64,000 nt of DNA from Antedon mediterranea (taxonomy: Eukaryota; Animalia; Echinodermata), in the NCBI RefSeq assembly GCF_964355755.1, contig NC_092673.1, positions 17,605,648 to 17,669,647 on the forward strand, read 5' to 3'. Below, in pieces: positions 1 through 13,549 of this stretch. The translations under genes were made by a program, and so were the position numbers. The notes below the pieces were generated by a model. That model did not search any database. It was not told where the DNA came from and was given only the letters and a program-made list of their open reading frames with translations. The first letter of the stretch is position 1, and every line of letters begins with the position of its first letter.

Positions 1-312
1 GCAATTAAGAATTCATTTTATGTTTACAATGAGATTTCAATTTAGCATAAATGACCCACCCTTTTATTTATTTGTTGACCTTTCACCTTTGAATCAGTGA
101 CACAAAAAGTGTTGCAGTCAAGTTTAAAAACAAACAGAAAATATGAAATTAAATAATAAAAAAGGGAAAATAAATGGGAAGTACCCATAAGTAAAATATG
201 TTAAAATTAAAGCTAATCAGAAGAAAAATGACTTAAGTAACTTACTTACTTACTTGTTTACTTGTTTCCGGAGCTCAGCAATGCTGGGTCCGGAGTCGAG
301 GCTAGGCTATGC

Positions 313-3150
313 CTATAAGCCCCTCTTGATAATTACATCAACTCTTGAATATGGCGCAAATTTAAGAGGGTGGTTGGACCATGCCCGTTCAAGACCGGAC
401 TTAAATTGATTGGTTGATCTTGAAGCTACTACATCCTCCGATAACGAATTCCATAATATAATAGCTTTTCGACCAAATGAGTCCCTCATCCAATTTGTGC
501 GTGAGAACTTAAATTTTAATTTAAAAGAATGACCACGTGTTCTAACATCTTCATCACGCTCAAAAAAAGAATCAGCAGAAATACTATCCACTCCATGTAA
601 AATTTTAAAAATCTGTATCAAATGAGCTCTTTGCCTTCTGTATGCGAGAGTAGGTAGGTTGAGAATTTTCAGCCTTTCTGAATAAGGTAAATGACGAATG
701 GAAAAAATAAGCTTGGTGGCGCGTTCTTGGACTTTTTCCAATAGGTCTTCCTCCTTACAATGTAGCGAGTTAAAAACAACGTTGCAGTATTCCAAGGTCG
801 GACGAATAATAGCTTTATATAAACGAAGAAACCCATCCATATTTAAAAACTTGAAAGCTCGATATACCATGCCCAACTTCCGATTTGCTCTCATTGCTAC
901 ATCTGCCACATGTACATTAAAAACAAGTTTAGAGTCAATAGTAACACCGAGGTCTTTTTCATGATCAACTTCATTCAATAAGAAACCACGCATGGCATAC
1001 AGATGTTTGTTGTTTTTCTTCCCAAAGTGCATTACTTTGCACTTACCCTCGTTAAAAGGTAATTGCCATTTGTCAGACCAGTCACATGCTTTCTCTAAAT
1101 CTTCTTGTAGAACTTGAGCATCATTCACAGTGTTAACTACTCTATACAATTTAGTATCATCTGCAAACATGCGTACAGAGGAAGAAATAACAGAAGGTAA
1201 ATCATTTATAAACATACAGTAATGAAAAGAACAGGTCCAACGACGCTTCCTTGCGGGATACCACTACGAACATCAGCCCAATCTGAAACACATCCATTGA
1301 CACTAACCCGTTGTTGTCTATCGTTAAGAAATTCTTGAAACCAGTTTAGAAGTTTACCTCTAATACCCAATGCACTCATTTTCAGAAGGAGTCTATGATG
1401 AGGCACACTATCGAAAGCCTTCTTGTAGTCAAGGTAGATACAATCAAAACAATCCTGATTATCAAAATAAGAAAACCAGTTTTCAAGAACATCAAGTAAT
1501 TGTAAAGCACAGGAACGACCTTGCCGGAAACCAAATTGCTCATAACAAATAAGTGAGTGATGTTCAAGAAAGTCCAATAATTCCTTCCTGATAATTCTCT
1601 CCATAATTTTACCAACTACCGAAGTTAAACTCACAGGTCTATAGTTGCTTGGGTCAGACTTCACTCCTTTTTTAAAAATCGGTACCACTGTAGCCCGTTT
1701 CCAACTATTAGGGACGGCTCCTTCTAGAAACAATTTCGTAAAAATAATATGGAGGGGGTAGCAAATGATATCCTTTACTGTAGTTCGACTAAGATGCGTG
1801 GGTGAATACCATCAGGTCCAGCTGTTTTAGTAATATTCAACGTTGATAAAATATTTAAGATTTCGTCACAAGGAAAGTCAACTTGAGATAAAAAATCCTC
1901 TGAAGTGTCATCAATAGCCGGTACATTCGAAAAATTTTCATCGACAAATACACTACTAAAAAACGTGTTTAGCAACTCAGCCTTGTCCTTGTCATCAGAC
2001 ACATGCCTTCCATTACTATCAGTTAAGTTGGGTATACCAGACTTTATATTGATCTGAGAACTGAGATACCTCCAAAAAGACTTTTCATTAGATTTGATCT
2101 CAATTGCTATTTTATTTTCGAAGTCAGATTTACTACATCGAATCAGATCTACTGTTTGATTTCTTACTTGGACAAACTTCGACCATTTTGCTGACACACA
2201 TACTTTTTGTTTTCTCTTGGCCTTTACATACTGTTTCCAACATTTATTCTTTTTGGCAATCTGCTTTTCAATTTTTTTGTTCATCCAAAGAGGTTTTCTT
2301 CCGTGGCAAACCTTCCTCATCGGGATACACTCATCAATATTCTTCGCAAGAATATGCTCGAATTCGTCCCACGATTGAATACCTGATTTGTCATTGAAAA
2401 CCACATCCCAATCTACCAAACCAATTTTCTCGCGCAGCAAATCATAGTTACCATGCCTGTAACTTCGAATATTTGGTTCAATTCTGTCATCTCTTACAAG
2501 ATCCAATGAAAATTGTAACATCATATGGTCGCTTTTACCCAGTAGTGGAGACTGCATAATGCCATTTATAGTATTCTCTTTGTCTGTAAAAACCAGATCC
2601 AAAACATTGGGTGTTTCGCCTTCTCTGTATCTAGTAGGTTCCATAACGTGTTGAATTAAAAATAGATCGTTGATGGTGTCAAAGAAACTTCTGCTGGAAT
2701 CTCCATCTTCCGAAGACACACAATTTAATTCCCAGTTAATACTTTTATAGTTAAAATCGCCGACAACGATTAAATCAGAAAAAGATGATTTATATACTTC
2801 ACGGAACAATGAGTTCAGCTTGATATTATTATCCATACTACAAGTCGGGCTACGGTAAACACAACCTAATAAAAGATCCGTTTTTACTTCTTTTACTCTA
2901 ACCCAAACTGACTCTACAAACTTATTCTTCTTAAAGAAAATTTGAGAAACTGAAATTCCATTTCTGACATAAATTAAAACACCACGACCAGAAGTAAAAT
3001 CCTCATTCGAAAAAAATGCTTGGTAACCTTGGACACGAAATTCATTTATCAGTGGCGGGTACAAACAATGCAAAGTAACTCTGACTTCTTATTTAGAAAA
3101 CCATCACAATTTGAGTACCAAAAGTTAAATTTCTGATTGGAAAACGTACT
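313..3150 (-). pseudogene. LINE ORF2 (APE endonuclease + reverse transcriptase), frameshifted
   Basis: Pieces 1775-3073 (VYRSP, GDFN, LDLVF, SDH, GPDGI), 1206-1733 (NYRPVSLTS, YLDYKKAFD, GIPQGS) and 313-1215 (FADD). Frame breaks near 1770 and 1210. The EN start (FWYSNCDG, ~3100-3130) is out of frame with the remainder. Confidence 0.9.
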
Positions 3151-3187
3151 TTCTTTTAAATTAGAGAACTTTCTGTTTTTATTTTCT

Positions 3188-4042
3188 TTATTGGGAACGA
3201 AAAAGCTTCACAATCTTCCCACTTCGGATAACTATGTCTTTCTCACCTGCATCTAATCGCGTTTTTAATTCACCTTTTAACTTAGTGAATGCTTCTCTTT
3301 CTTTCATGGTTCTATCATTACTAACAGCAAAACCCTTTTGAATTGCTAGAGAAAAAACTTGACGTTTAATAGACTCCTTTCTGAAAACTAATTTCAAAGG
3401 CCTCTTAATATCCTTCTCAGCTTTTCCAACACGATAGATAACTTTCATTTCGGCGTCGATATCAACTGAACCGTTACAAAAAGAACGGATAACAGATAAG
3501 TCATGTTGTTTGCGGATTATGGGATCACTACTTGTATTTTCCTCAATATTATATAACATTAGGTTACACCTTCTTCTTTCCTTCTCAGCTTCATCTTCAA
3601 ATCTCTCATTTATTGCTGTTAACAAATCAATCTTATCAGTTGAATCCTTAGCCTTGAGATCAGCAATATCACTTGAATTTCGTGTGATAGTTTCATCTAT
3701 ACGTTTTATGTCTTTGAGAATATTTTCTTGTGTTTTACCGATCGTCGACAACGCTTTCAAAAAACCACAAGCAGACTTATTACAGGTACGACAATACCAA
3801 TGAAGGCCCTGTTCACCAGATGAAATAACATCAAATAAAGACTTTCCTACGTCTTGACATGAACAATGAAAACAAAACCCACACATGCCACACGTTACTG
3901 ATTGATTGTCAACAGCTTTACTACAACTACCACATAGGCCTAGATGAGGAATCGAATCATCCCCCGCTGGGGTTAACGCCGACCTAAGCTTACGAGCTGT
4001 CTTAGGCCTACCACCACCTCCAATATAGCCTCCACTAGCCAT
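3188..4042 (-). CDS. LINE ORF1 protein with PHD finger and coiled coil
   Basis: 284 aa open frame. CGSC..CGMCGFCFHCSC..HWYCRTC is a C4HC3 PHD finger, followed by a coiled coil and RRCNLMLYNIEE / RVGK..RPLKLVF motifs typical of CR1 ORF1. Confidence 0.85.
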   Translation of the reverse strand: MASGGYIGGGGRPKTARKLRSALTPAGDDSIPHLGLCGSCSKAVDNQSVTCGMCGFCFHCSCQDVGKSLFDVISSGEQGLHWYCRTCNKSACGFLKALSTIGKTQENILKDIKRIDETITRNSSDIADLKAKDSTDKIDLLTAINERFEDEAEKERRRCNLMLYNIEENTSSDPIIRKQHDLSVIRSFCNGSVDIDAEMKVIYRVGKAEKDIKRPLKLVFRKESIKRQVFSLAIQKGFAVSNDRTMKEREAFTKLKGELKTRLDAGEKDIVIRSGKIVKLFRSQ

Positions 4043-4341
4043 CCTTAAAAATCACAACAATCCTTGAACAAAAAGGCTTGTTTTCTATGAATCCGTCAAG
4101 CAATAATACTAAAGAGCAAATAGCGTTATGTTTTTTAAATACTTGCGATCGAAAAGTGTAAAAATTATGATAGTAAAAAGATCTCCAGACTACGAAATCA
4201 CAAACACGACCAACCACCGCTAGTGCGCCCTCTAATCGCTAATCGTAACTTTATTAAAATAACGATACTGGAATATTTACAAACATTAATAATACAAGCA
4301 ATCATTGGGATTTGTTTATTTTAATTTTATATTACATAAAG

Positions 4342-4394
4342 CATAGAGATATTATAGTGAACTATATATAATAGTTCACTATAATATCTCTATG
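4342..4394. mobile_element. 53-bp palindromic mini-element with CA...TG ends (P-element-like MITE)
   Basis: CATAGAGATATTATAGTGAACTAT...ATAGTTCACTATAATATCTCTATG flanked by the 7-bp direct repeat CATAAAG (4335-4341, 4395-4401). Confidence 0.7.
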
Positions 4395-6589
4395 CATAAA
4401 GTGATAAAGCTGTGAGTTTTTCTTGTCAGAGAATAATAGAGATTCTCTGCTATTCTGTATACATTTGTACATTACAGTGATAAAATATTACATAAAATGT
4501 GAATAAAGATGATTTATTTTTGTATATAGAAAATTGTAACAAAAAATAATTTATATTTTGATTCATTGTATCAGTCATTGTGTTTTGTGTGTATAGCAAT
4601 ATAAAGGATTATTTGTGTGTTACATTGTCTGCTACATTGATTTGTAACTAAAATACAGTCAACTCTCAAACCCTAAACATTCATGAAAACTCCTGACAAG
4701 ACCATTTTAAAGACCAGAATTCCTTTCTTGCTTTTATAAAATATTTTTAAAAAATCATACTTTTTAGCTTGGATGAAGTGTGTCTTGCTTCATTAAGGAG
4801 CATTGGCTCTATACTTTAATTAATATAATAGGTGTTACGTTACCAGTTTTGTCTACAATAAACATTTCTTGGTTTTCTTATTTTGCAATTATACATTTTC
4901 AGCCTTAAAATTGCTTTTTTTTCTACCCATAATACAAATATAAAACAAATCAATGCAAAATTTTGAGTAATAAGACTATAAAAAATAGAGAGGTAAAATA
5001 CGCTGGAACTGGAATCTTACTGGAGGCTTACTTGTCTTGTAATCAAATTAATTTGTGTTATGTATATTGGAAAACCAAACAGGACAAGATAGACGCACAA
5101 AATCAAATGTAAAATTGGAAATTACTCTTTATAAAAGAAAGATTATATTGGAAGAGGTGATGTATTATATTATGATTGATATTTGATAAGAAATGTAGGC
5201 CTACTACAATTTATAGCAATATAATATTTGTATCCATTTTACCATGGAGAAATAATCTTATTAACCCGGAGTTTCCCCTTGATTACTGTAGGGTTTTTTT
5301 ATGCGACTGTGGCCAATGTTCTCCGATTTTGACATGGACCTATTCTAATTTATAGGTCCTGGTCCATGATTTTAGGATTTTAGAGATAAACATTGATTGC
5401 GCCCTCAATAAAGTATAATTTCAAAAAACATAACACACCAACATCGAGGAGTGTTGACAAAGTGCGAGGCAGCGAGGCAAGCGAGGCATGCCAAATATTT
5501 GTGCGAGGCATCATTTTATCATTTCCAAAAGTGCGAGGCATATAGTTTACAATTTCAAAAAGGTGCGAGGCATATCTTAACGTGCTATTATGCTATATTA
5601 TAGGCCTAATAATCAATCGATACAAGCGTATCTAAATAGATTCGTGTATACACTCATCATGTTGTTTATTTTTATGTAACGATTGTTTTTTTATTCAAGT
5701 CATATCGTGTCAAATTTTACTTTTACAAAAGTGCCCAAACTACGGTTCAAAAATCTGAACGACAGTCTTCAACTTTCGATAAACAATAATTGTTATAGCG
5801 ACACACTCAGCAAATGACTGCAATGTTTGTTGGCATTTCGAGCGTGTTCACTCACATGTCTTTCGAACATAGCAGAGTGAAAGTAATATTTTGTCACACC
5901 CCTGCGCCTAGATCCGGTAGACCCGAGAGATGGAAAATCCCTCTTTACTATTTAGCAGGTAGCGGAATGATTCAGCCCTCAGCTCAGAGGATTGTGGTGC
6001 ATTCCCCTCCTATAGCACGTGGTTTCAGCAGCAACGCACAGACTTCTCTCTGAGCGGCGTGCCAAAGACATTTTTGACATTCCATTCTCTAAGAACAACA
6101 CGTGTACCTCTCTCGCAAATAAGGTGAACAGCGATTGCGAGGACAAGTTCAATAACTGGCGGTGAATAAAAGGTAACTGATATGCCGATCCAATAACATG
6201 CCGCAAAGAAAAAAATTGCGACAGAATTCTGGAGCGCGTGTGAAAAAAGACTTACGTCCGACAATTGTAATACTAGGCCTAAAATTAAACTTTAGCTAAT
6301 ATGCTTAGCCCCAACCTAGATAAAGGCCTATGTAGAAAATAGTTTAATCAATTTTGATAAAATAATAATTGGTGTAATATTTAATAATGATACACTATTC
6401 CTGTTTTAGTAAGCTAGGTATATTACGAACGATTTTTATTTATTTATACGATTTTACGTTAGGATACGTCTATAGGAGGCCTCCTGCACCTGTTTTTGTG
6501 AAACGATCCAATGAGCTATGCTCGACGCGATTATGAGATCATGTTTTCGAATATGAGCACTGTTTCTATAATTTGACAGTAGGATTCTA

Positions 6590-8012
6590 TATATAAATTT
6601 ACGTAAGGGCAAAATTCGGTAAATCTCGGTTTATTTCTAGAATTTCTACTCGATGGTATATAAAGTTGGTTCATACTTTCGGTACTGATTTTAACCATCT
6701 GATGTAACCCTGTTTACTAATTAAATTGAGTTAGGTAATTAGTTATTGACGATTAAAACGAATTTAGGTTCAACGATTTGCCCCAAATAGGGGTGTTTTC
6801 CGATCGTGGTATACACTGTCTAATGGATGTCCATCTTGAAAAAAACCCGCCACAAAAATACGAGGAGGCTTCGCATTTTCCTATCTCCTCCTACGATAAT
6901 TGTTTTTAATAGCTGAAAACTGGTTGAACAGCTAGAGTACAGCATCATAATGTTGAAGACAGGCCAATTTTCTTAAAAAAATACTATTTTGATAGATTTA
7001 ATATACGATTATACAAATGTATTGATTTGCGATGAATGGAACATTCCAATCTCTGTTTCACAAGTGTCTATTCCCTCAGGCGTCGTAAAGGCAAGTACAG
7101 TACTGTATACTCGAAATTCGATCCATTTTTGTTTTCAATCTGTGCTGCAGAGGTTGGATATAATTTTTTTTTAAACGGATAATGAGCTAGCGTTTTCACT
7201 CGCCGTATATTATGTACAAATCTTTATTATTGCAGTTAAACCACCCACATCATCACCTTTCCCTCACTGGCATGAGTAGCGTTGTAAAACCAGTAGAGAA
7301 TAGGCCTACGGTACATCACATGCCCTAAACGCAGAACAACTTTGGTGGGTAGGGTAGGAACCAACTTAAGTATGAATTGGCTCTAAGAAACAATTGAAAA
7401 CCATTAGGCCTACTAATTAAGTTGAGTTAGATAATTTAATATTTATTGACGATTAAATCGAATTTATGATTTTCCCCGAATAGAGGTGGTTTTCACAAAT
7501 TGTTTTACATTATATTATAAACATATACACGTCGTAGTGATGTATCGTTACATGTGCTGTACTATTTCAATCGACTAGGACGGTGATAGTTTCAACAAAG
7601 TATTACATCGCAATGTTTTACTGTGTTTAGTGGTATATTATTTGTAAAACATGAAAGCAATTAATATTTCGTTACTAAATGGATAAAGAATATATTTTAA
7701 CATTGTTCCTCTTTGCACCCATCCTCTTCCCCATCCCTCAACCCTAATGTTACATACAAAACACAAATTAAGTTTGTTTAAATTTGACTTAAACAATTGG
7801 TCTTATTTTGTGACAAGTTTCTCTTTCGGAAGTAATAGGGTGCTAATTTTAGTTGAGTACATAAATCACAGTGTCTATTTATTCGTTCCTGTACACGACA
7901 TGTAATATTATTGTCCTGCGGTACGTACATTTGAAATCGCCAGTTTTTTAACGCTGAAATTATTATGTATTCGAGAACCATCTGTGGGCACGACCTAGAT
8001 GGTACGCGAGCG
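6590..8012. repeat. Partial inverted copy of the Helentron-type repeat at 40155-43265
   Basis: 6590-6995 is the reverse complement of ~42365-42770, and 7520-8012 of ~40305-40820, in collinear order. Confidence 0.8.
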
Positions 8013-8641
8013 AGCGACCGATTTCATCTGACACCTTTAGGGGTATCACAAATAATATTTTTTTAAAGTTAGCCAGCTTTAGATATAAAATATATCGAAT
8101 CGGAATAGTAAAATATATCGATATTGATTGATATCACTACTACTAATTTTAATTTATTAATCTGAAAAATTTAGAAAAAAAGCATTTATTAAAACAATAA
8201 TTAAAAGTTAATTAATGACTTTATTAATTAGTATACATGTAGAATACGTGCTTATGCGCTGCATTAAATTTTAATTACTCACAATACAAGCATCGGTGGC
8301 GCGCCATACAATTCGGCTTTTTAATCCGGCGGCCGAGATTGTCGGCGGCCGAGATGGATCTAACTCTTTAATATGGATCAAAACAATTGTATTATTGCTT
8401 TACTACTAATGTTTGCATCTCGTTTTCTGAAGAATAGTAGTAGATCAATACGCCTTTTTAGCGAAACGGAAGACATTTTCGATCGATGACAAACAATGCC
8501 GTGCAACGAAGCGTAACCAACAGAAATAACATAGCGTTTTCAGCGGGTGTCACGAAAGCTCAGACCACGAAAGCTCAGACCCCCTAAGACCTAAGATCAC
8601 GAAAGCTAAGACCCAACACCTAAGATTACAAATATTTATCT

Positions 8642-9280
8642 TTCGCACCTGCCTTGTATTTTAACTCCCAACATTTATTCTGAATACCACACCTTAGAAT
8701 TGGCACTTTCATGAAAAAGAATCACATAAAAAGTAACAAATACATTTTTAAATTGATGATTTTACAGACGTTTTTCTCGCACACAAAATGACTAGCCTAC
8801 AGTACAGTAGGCCTACCCCATGGGCCATGTTCAATGTTTTTGTTTCTATGGAACGTCAAAAGAGCAAAAATTATATAGAGGGCTGAAAACTCTGTGGAGT
8901 CCATCTACAGTGTGGATGGATAATAGTATAATCATGCAAGTACGAAGAAATAAATACTGGCAAATAAATTTTAATTTAAAAATCATGATAAGTTTTTTTG
9001 TTTCGTTTTCTTTCTGTTTTTATACTTGTACTATTATTGTTGCTCTTTTGGCGCTCCATAGAAACAAAAACATTGAGCATGGGGAGCTCGAGGAGTTACA
9101 TTGTCATTACAGTATACAAAGAAACACATCTGTAAAATCATCAATTTAAAGGATTTATTTATTTGTTATTATGTGTTTCTCCTTCTGAAAGTACTTATAA
9201 GTCCTAATTTTAAAGTGTGGTGTTCAGGATAAAGTTAGTCAACAAATTTGGAGTCAAAATACAAGAAAGGCAGGTGCGTA
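8642..9280. mobile_element. Fold-back MITE (same family as 33190-34030)
   Basis: TTCGCACCTG.. and ..CAGGTGCGTAA ends with long internal inverted arms. Clear similarity to 33190-34030. Confidence 0.7.
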
Positions 9281-9407
9281 AGAAAAACATCCTCTGAAGC
9301 AACACAATGGAGTAAATATATACCAACAAACAACCCGTCAAGTTTGTTTGTTGTAAAGAAAAAATATACATTTACTCAACGGGCGAAAATAATGTGAGTT
9401 TATCTAT

Positions 9408-12400
9408 TAGGCCATAAGCAGTAGCTCAAAAGATGCCTAGAACATGGATTTCGTTCCCACCTCTTGGATCTACATTTTGAAAGTTGATATTGTGAAATGA
9501 ATATGTTACACATACTATATCAAAAGTTCTCCATGAAATACTTGTACACTTTTGAGCAATGGCCTCTCAAAGGTACCCCACTACTGCAAAAAAGGCACTT
9601 TTTGAGGTCTGGAGGTACTTTTATGGGCCAATATCTTTAAAAGTCTTTGTCCAAATGCAATTGTCTTTTCTCTGTGAGTAGTCCAGTATATTGTGAACAC
9701 TTATCCAAAATTTAAAATTTAAAAAATAAGTATTTTGTATGTGAAGAAAACTGAAAAATTACAATTATTTAGTTGTAATTGCACTTTTCAAGATGTTTAA
9801 GACACAATATCTTACCATACCATATTTATATTTTTTTCCCAACTATTTGAGAGGGTTGTTAAACAAGATTCAAAGTTTCAGCTTGTCAGCTTCAGGGAGG
9901 TTTTATTTATGAAGATGCAAAAACTGAGATTTGGCCAATTTTATAGATAATTTTGATATCTTTTAGTCGTTTTTTGAGCAGTTATATTTTAATAATCAAC
10001 TCTCACTATGTATTTATATTCATGCAATGGGTATCCTAGTGAGTTAGTGACACACAAGTGAAGTTTCAATGCAAAAGAAATTATTATGCAATAATATGAT
10101 AGTAACTTACATTGCATTTTTGTTTGTTTTTAGTGCCAATTTTGTGTGAACTCGACTCAAACAACCGTAAAAGGCGCCTGAATAAATACTATGCCTTTTC
10201 TGTACAACTACCCGAGAGGGTTGATAAACCAGCTTGATGATTTTTTTTATATAGGATGATTTTTTTTATATAGGAAGATGCACTGCACCAGCTGAGAATT
10301 TGCTAATTTTATAGATAATTTTGATGTTTTATTTGTTTTTGAGGAGTACGTAAGCCTACATGATTTCTTAGAAAATGACTTGCCATAATAATATTTATAT
10401 TCATGCAATGGGTATGCTAGTAGGTTAGTGACATCTGAGTAAATTTTCAACACAAACAATAAATGATTATGCAATAACTTATTTATTGTAACTTAAATAT
10501 TGCATTTTTTAGGAGTTTTTAGTGCCAATTTAGGCCAGGAGCTTCCATAAAAACAACCCATTTTTTTCTGTGAAACACCAGATAAGTAGGCCTGCCAGCC
10601 CATTTTTACTGTTTTTATATTGATAACATGAATGTAAGTCTTGTGGAGAGAACTATTATTATTGATAATGATATGAGATGGACATATATACACACAATAT
10701 ACAACAAATACCTTGTAATGTATTTTCATTTATTTTTTTTTTTATTCTTTTGGATTTGTGTTTTTTTACAACCCTACATGTTGCCCAATATACAATGTAT
10801 ATAATCCTACTCTTCTCTAGATACGTTGTACCAGCATAACTAGTAGTCAAGTAGAAAAGTTGTCAATTTCAGGTGCGGCGTGGCCAGTGTACAATGGAAA
10901 TAGCAAATATACTTTAACTAATTAATAAGTAATAATTACTATGTGGAATATCCTTCAGATACAGTATGTACATACTACGTGGTAGGTAGGTACAATTAAA
11001 CATAGATTCAGCAACATTTGCAGTAAGTATTTTACATTCAGCCAGTTGATGGTTTTGAAGTTTATGAAAAATTCAAGATGATGACAATTGTTTTGAAGTT
11101 GGTATCATTTCTGTAACAAATAATCAAGAATAGATTATTTAATTTATATCGATTACTTAATATTTTAGTTAAACTGAATATTATTAAATTACAATGAATC
11201 TTTTTGGTTTTATATTTAAAAATTAGTTCAGATTTGTGGTAAACCATACACAGCTAGAAATGTTGAAACATTTTCAACTTTACTTACTCTACCACACACT
11301 TTCCATTACTATAGTGTTTATTGACAATGCAACCTGGTATATAAAACATTTTTAAAGTAATGGATGTTTTTTCAGCTATTTCTTGCATTCATTACTATTT
11401 TTAACTTTCATTACTAATTTTACTACTATTGTATATAATTATAACAAAACATAAATCATTTGGCATTTCTCATCTCTACATTAAAAAAGGATCCAAAACT
11501 TACCAGAATCAGTGAACGTGTTCAGCATTTTTGTGCCTCCTTTCCACTAGACAACCTAGACATAAATAATTGAATATAAATTGAATTGAAATGATACAGT
11601 TGAAATGAAATAAATTATTTTTTATTAAAATTAAGCATTTATAAATAAAAATAATACCGGGCTGATGTATGAATACTAGGCCTAGTCTTCGGACCAGGCC
11701 ATCAAAATGAATGCATAATACTAAATAGGATAGCCTAGGTACAGTATAGGGAAAGCCTGCTTACTCTAGGCCAGACCAAATTAATTATTTCAAACAATTG
11801 TAATTATTAATAATAATAAATAATAATATATTAATTTTAATGTGTATTTATTATGTTTGCTCAAAATGTACTAAAATTATGCTATCCTCACCTGTGTCTT
11901 TGTATTCCGTTTGTCACCGTTTTAACTTAATAATAGCCCATTAAGTTATAGTTTAGTAGCAGGCCTAACTGTACTGTGCTGCTGCTGGGCCTACCTAGCC
12001 TATGCCATCTTGAGAGTAGCCTAGTATACACCTCCAGACCTAGGCCAGTGTGCTACCAGCCTAAAGACGTAGCTAGCTAGCCTAGCCTTTCTGTACGAAT
12101 ATTATTAATATAGCACACTGGTTTAAGTGGTAACATTCTAAAAATCCCATTTCTTATATGAGCAGGAGACTATTTCAATACAATAGGATGATCATAAGAT
12201 GCATCATTTCTTCGTTTACAGTAGCATTTGTTCGGTGGGGAATCAAACAAATTTTCCTCCACGTCTAGCTCCATTCATCATGATTGAATATTTTTGTCCA
12301 CGTGTGACGTTGCCGTGTGTGAGTTTTGGGGATTCCCCTCATCTGTAAACAGAGCATGATTGGTGAAATACGATCACGTGGTACAGTTTTTAAGACGTTG

Positions 12401-12632
12401 CGGATAATTTGAACGTGTAACGTTCGGCCCGACCAAATCACTCACGCGGTGTATATTAAAATAAAGTACCAAAATACTGTAAAACAGTAATTTCTCAAAA
12501 TTGTCTAACACGATTATGGAGAACTTTTGATATGTTGTTATTTATAAAATTATTATTCTAAATATGTAAAGAAATTGTAGATCCATGACATCGGAACGAG
12601 ATGAAACGTTAGAATTTACTGCTTATGGCCTA
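9408..12632. mobile_element. Academ-like non-autonomous DNA transposon
   Basis: Termini TAGGCCATAAGCAGTA...TACTGCTTATGGCCTA with 3-bp TSD TAT (9405-9407, 12633-12635). TAG..CTA ends and a 3-bp TSD fit Academ. No long ORF. Confidence 0.65.
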
Positions 12633-13549
12633 TATGTTTTGCGGTAGTATTAAATTATATTTATGGTTATAAATGAAACCTACTGTGTTAAAATTATGTA
12701 TGGATAAACAAGTATTGTTTTTAAGCTGTAGTATATCTTAGTATTTGTAATCTTAGGTGTTGGGTCTTAGCTTTCGTGATCTTAGGTCTTAGGGGGTCTG
12801 AGCTTTCGTGGTCTGAGCTTTCGTGACACCCCGTTTTCAGCCTATTTTCTGAGGACAAGTTACTCCGTTAATTCGTAACTCCTCAACGGACAGCCGTATG
12901 GACAACATATTTACTGTAAAATGTTCTTTAAAGATTAGCATACATAACTGTATGATTGAAAAAAATTAGAAAATTTGTTTTCACTTCAAGGCCATCGAAA
13001 AAAAACACCACAGTGTATAAGCATAGGCGCCGCATGGTGTCCTGAAATCCCCTGAAAACGCTATGTTATTTCTGTTGGTTACGCTTCGTTGCACGGCATT
13101 GTTTGTCATCGATCGAAGATGTCTTCCGTTTCGTGAAAAAAGGCGTATACATCTTCACCAATTTAATTTCAATGAAGAATTCCCGTTCATCAGCAATAAG
13201 TTTCGTAAACTTTAAACTAATGGTTGACCCATAACGTTCATTTTATGACCACGAGTGTTTACACTATACGAAGTGCCGGTGTAAGATTGAATTGTGTCCA
13301 GCATTCAAAAGTGTCCGGGTGGACACTTTTCAGCATTGGATAGTGTCCAGTTGCATTTTTCAACGGGTTCGTGGGCGTTTTTCAACAATTTAATGCTGTC
13401 CGGCCCGTTTAATAATGTCTGACCCATGGATTGAAATGCGTCCACTATTAAATACTGTATCATACGTTTTATGATAGGTGGTTGTTTTTATCACGCCTGC
13501 ACTTGTCTTGTCTTCTTTTAATAACCAATAATACTTAATGATGCCAAAC

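Larger units (their letters stand above)
244..4244 (-). mobile_element. Near full-length CR1-type LINE (ORF1 plus disrupted ORF2)
   Basis: PHD-finger ORF1 followed by APE-endonuclease/RT fragments. 3' stem-loop at ~268-294 and (TAAG)n-type tail at ~244-266. Candidate 7-bp TSD GTAACTT at 237-243 and 4245-4251. Confidence 0.9.
8545..12831. mobile_element. Mutator-like non-autonomous DNA transposon
   Basis: ~90-bp TIRs GGGTGTCACGAAAGCTCAGACC... with internal sub-repeats. Perfect 10-bp TSD CGTTTTCAGC (8535-8544, 12832-12841). No transposase ORF. Confidence 0.8.
8448..13148. mobile_element. ~400-bp MITE with ~95-bp TIRs, split by a nested insertion
   Basis: 8448-8543 (ATACGCCTTTTT..CGAAACGGAAGACAT..ATAGCGTTTTCAG) is the inverted match of 13052-13148. 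TSD not resolved. Confidence 0.75.

Noticed and set aside
4224-4234. GCGCCCTC motifs (also ~5399, ~32851, ~34771) as CTCF sites
   Set aside because: Only the half-core matches; not supportable from sequence alone.
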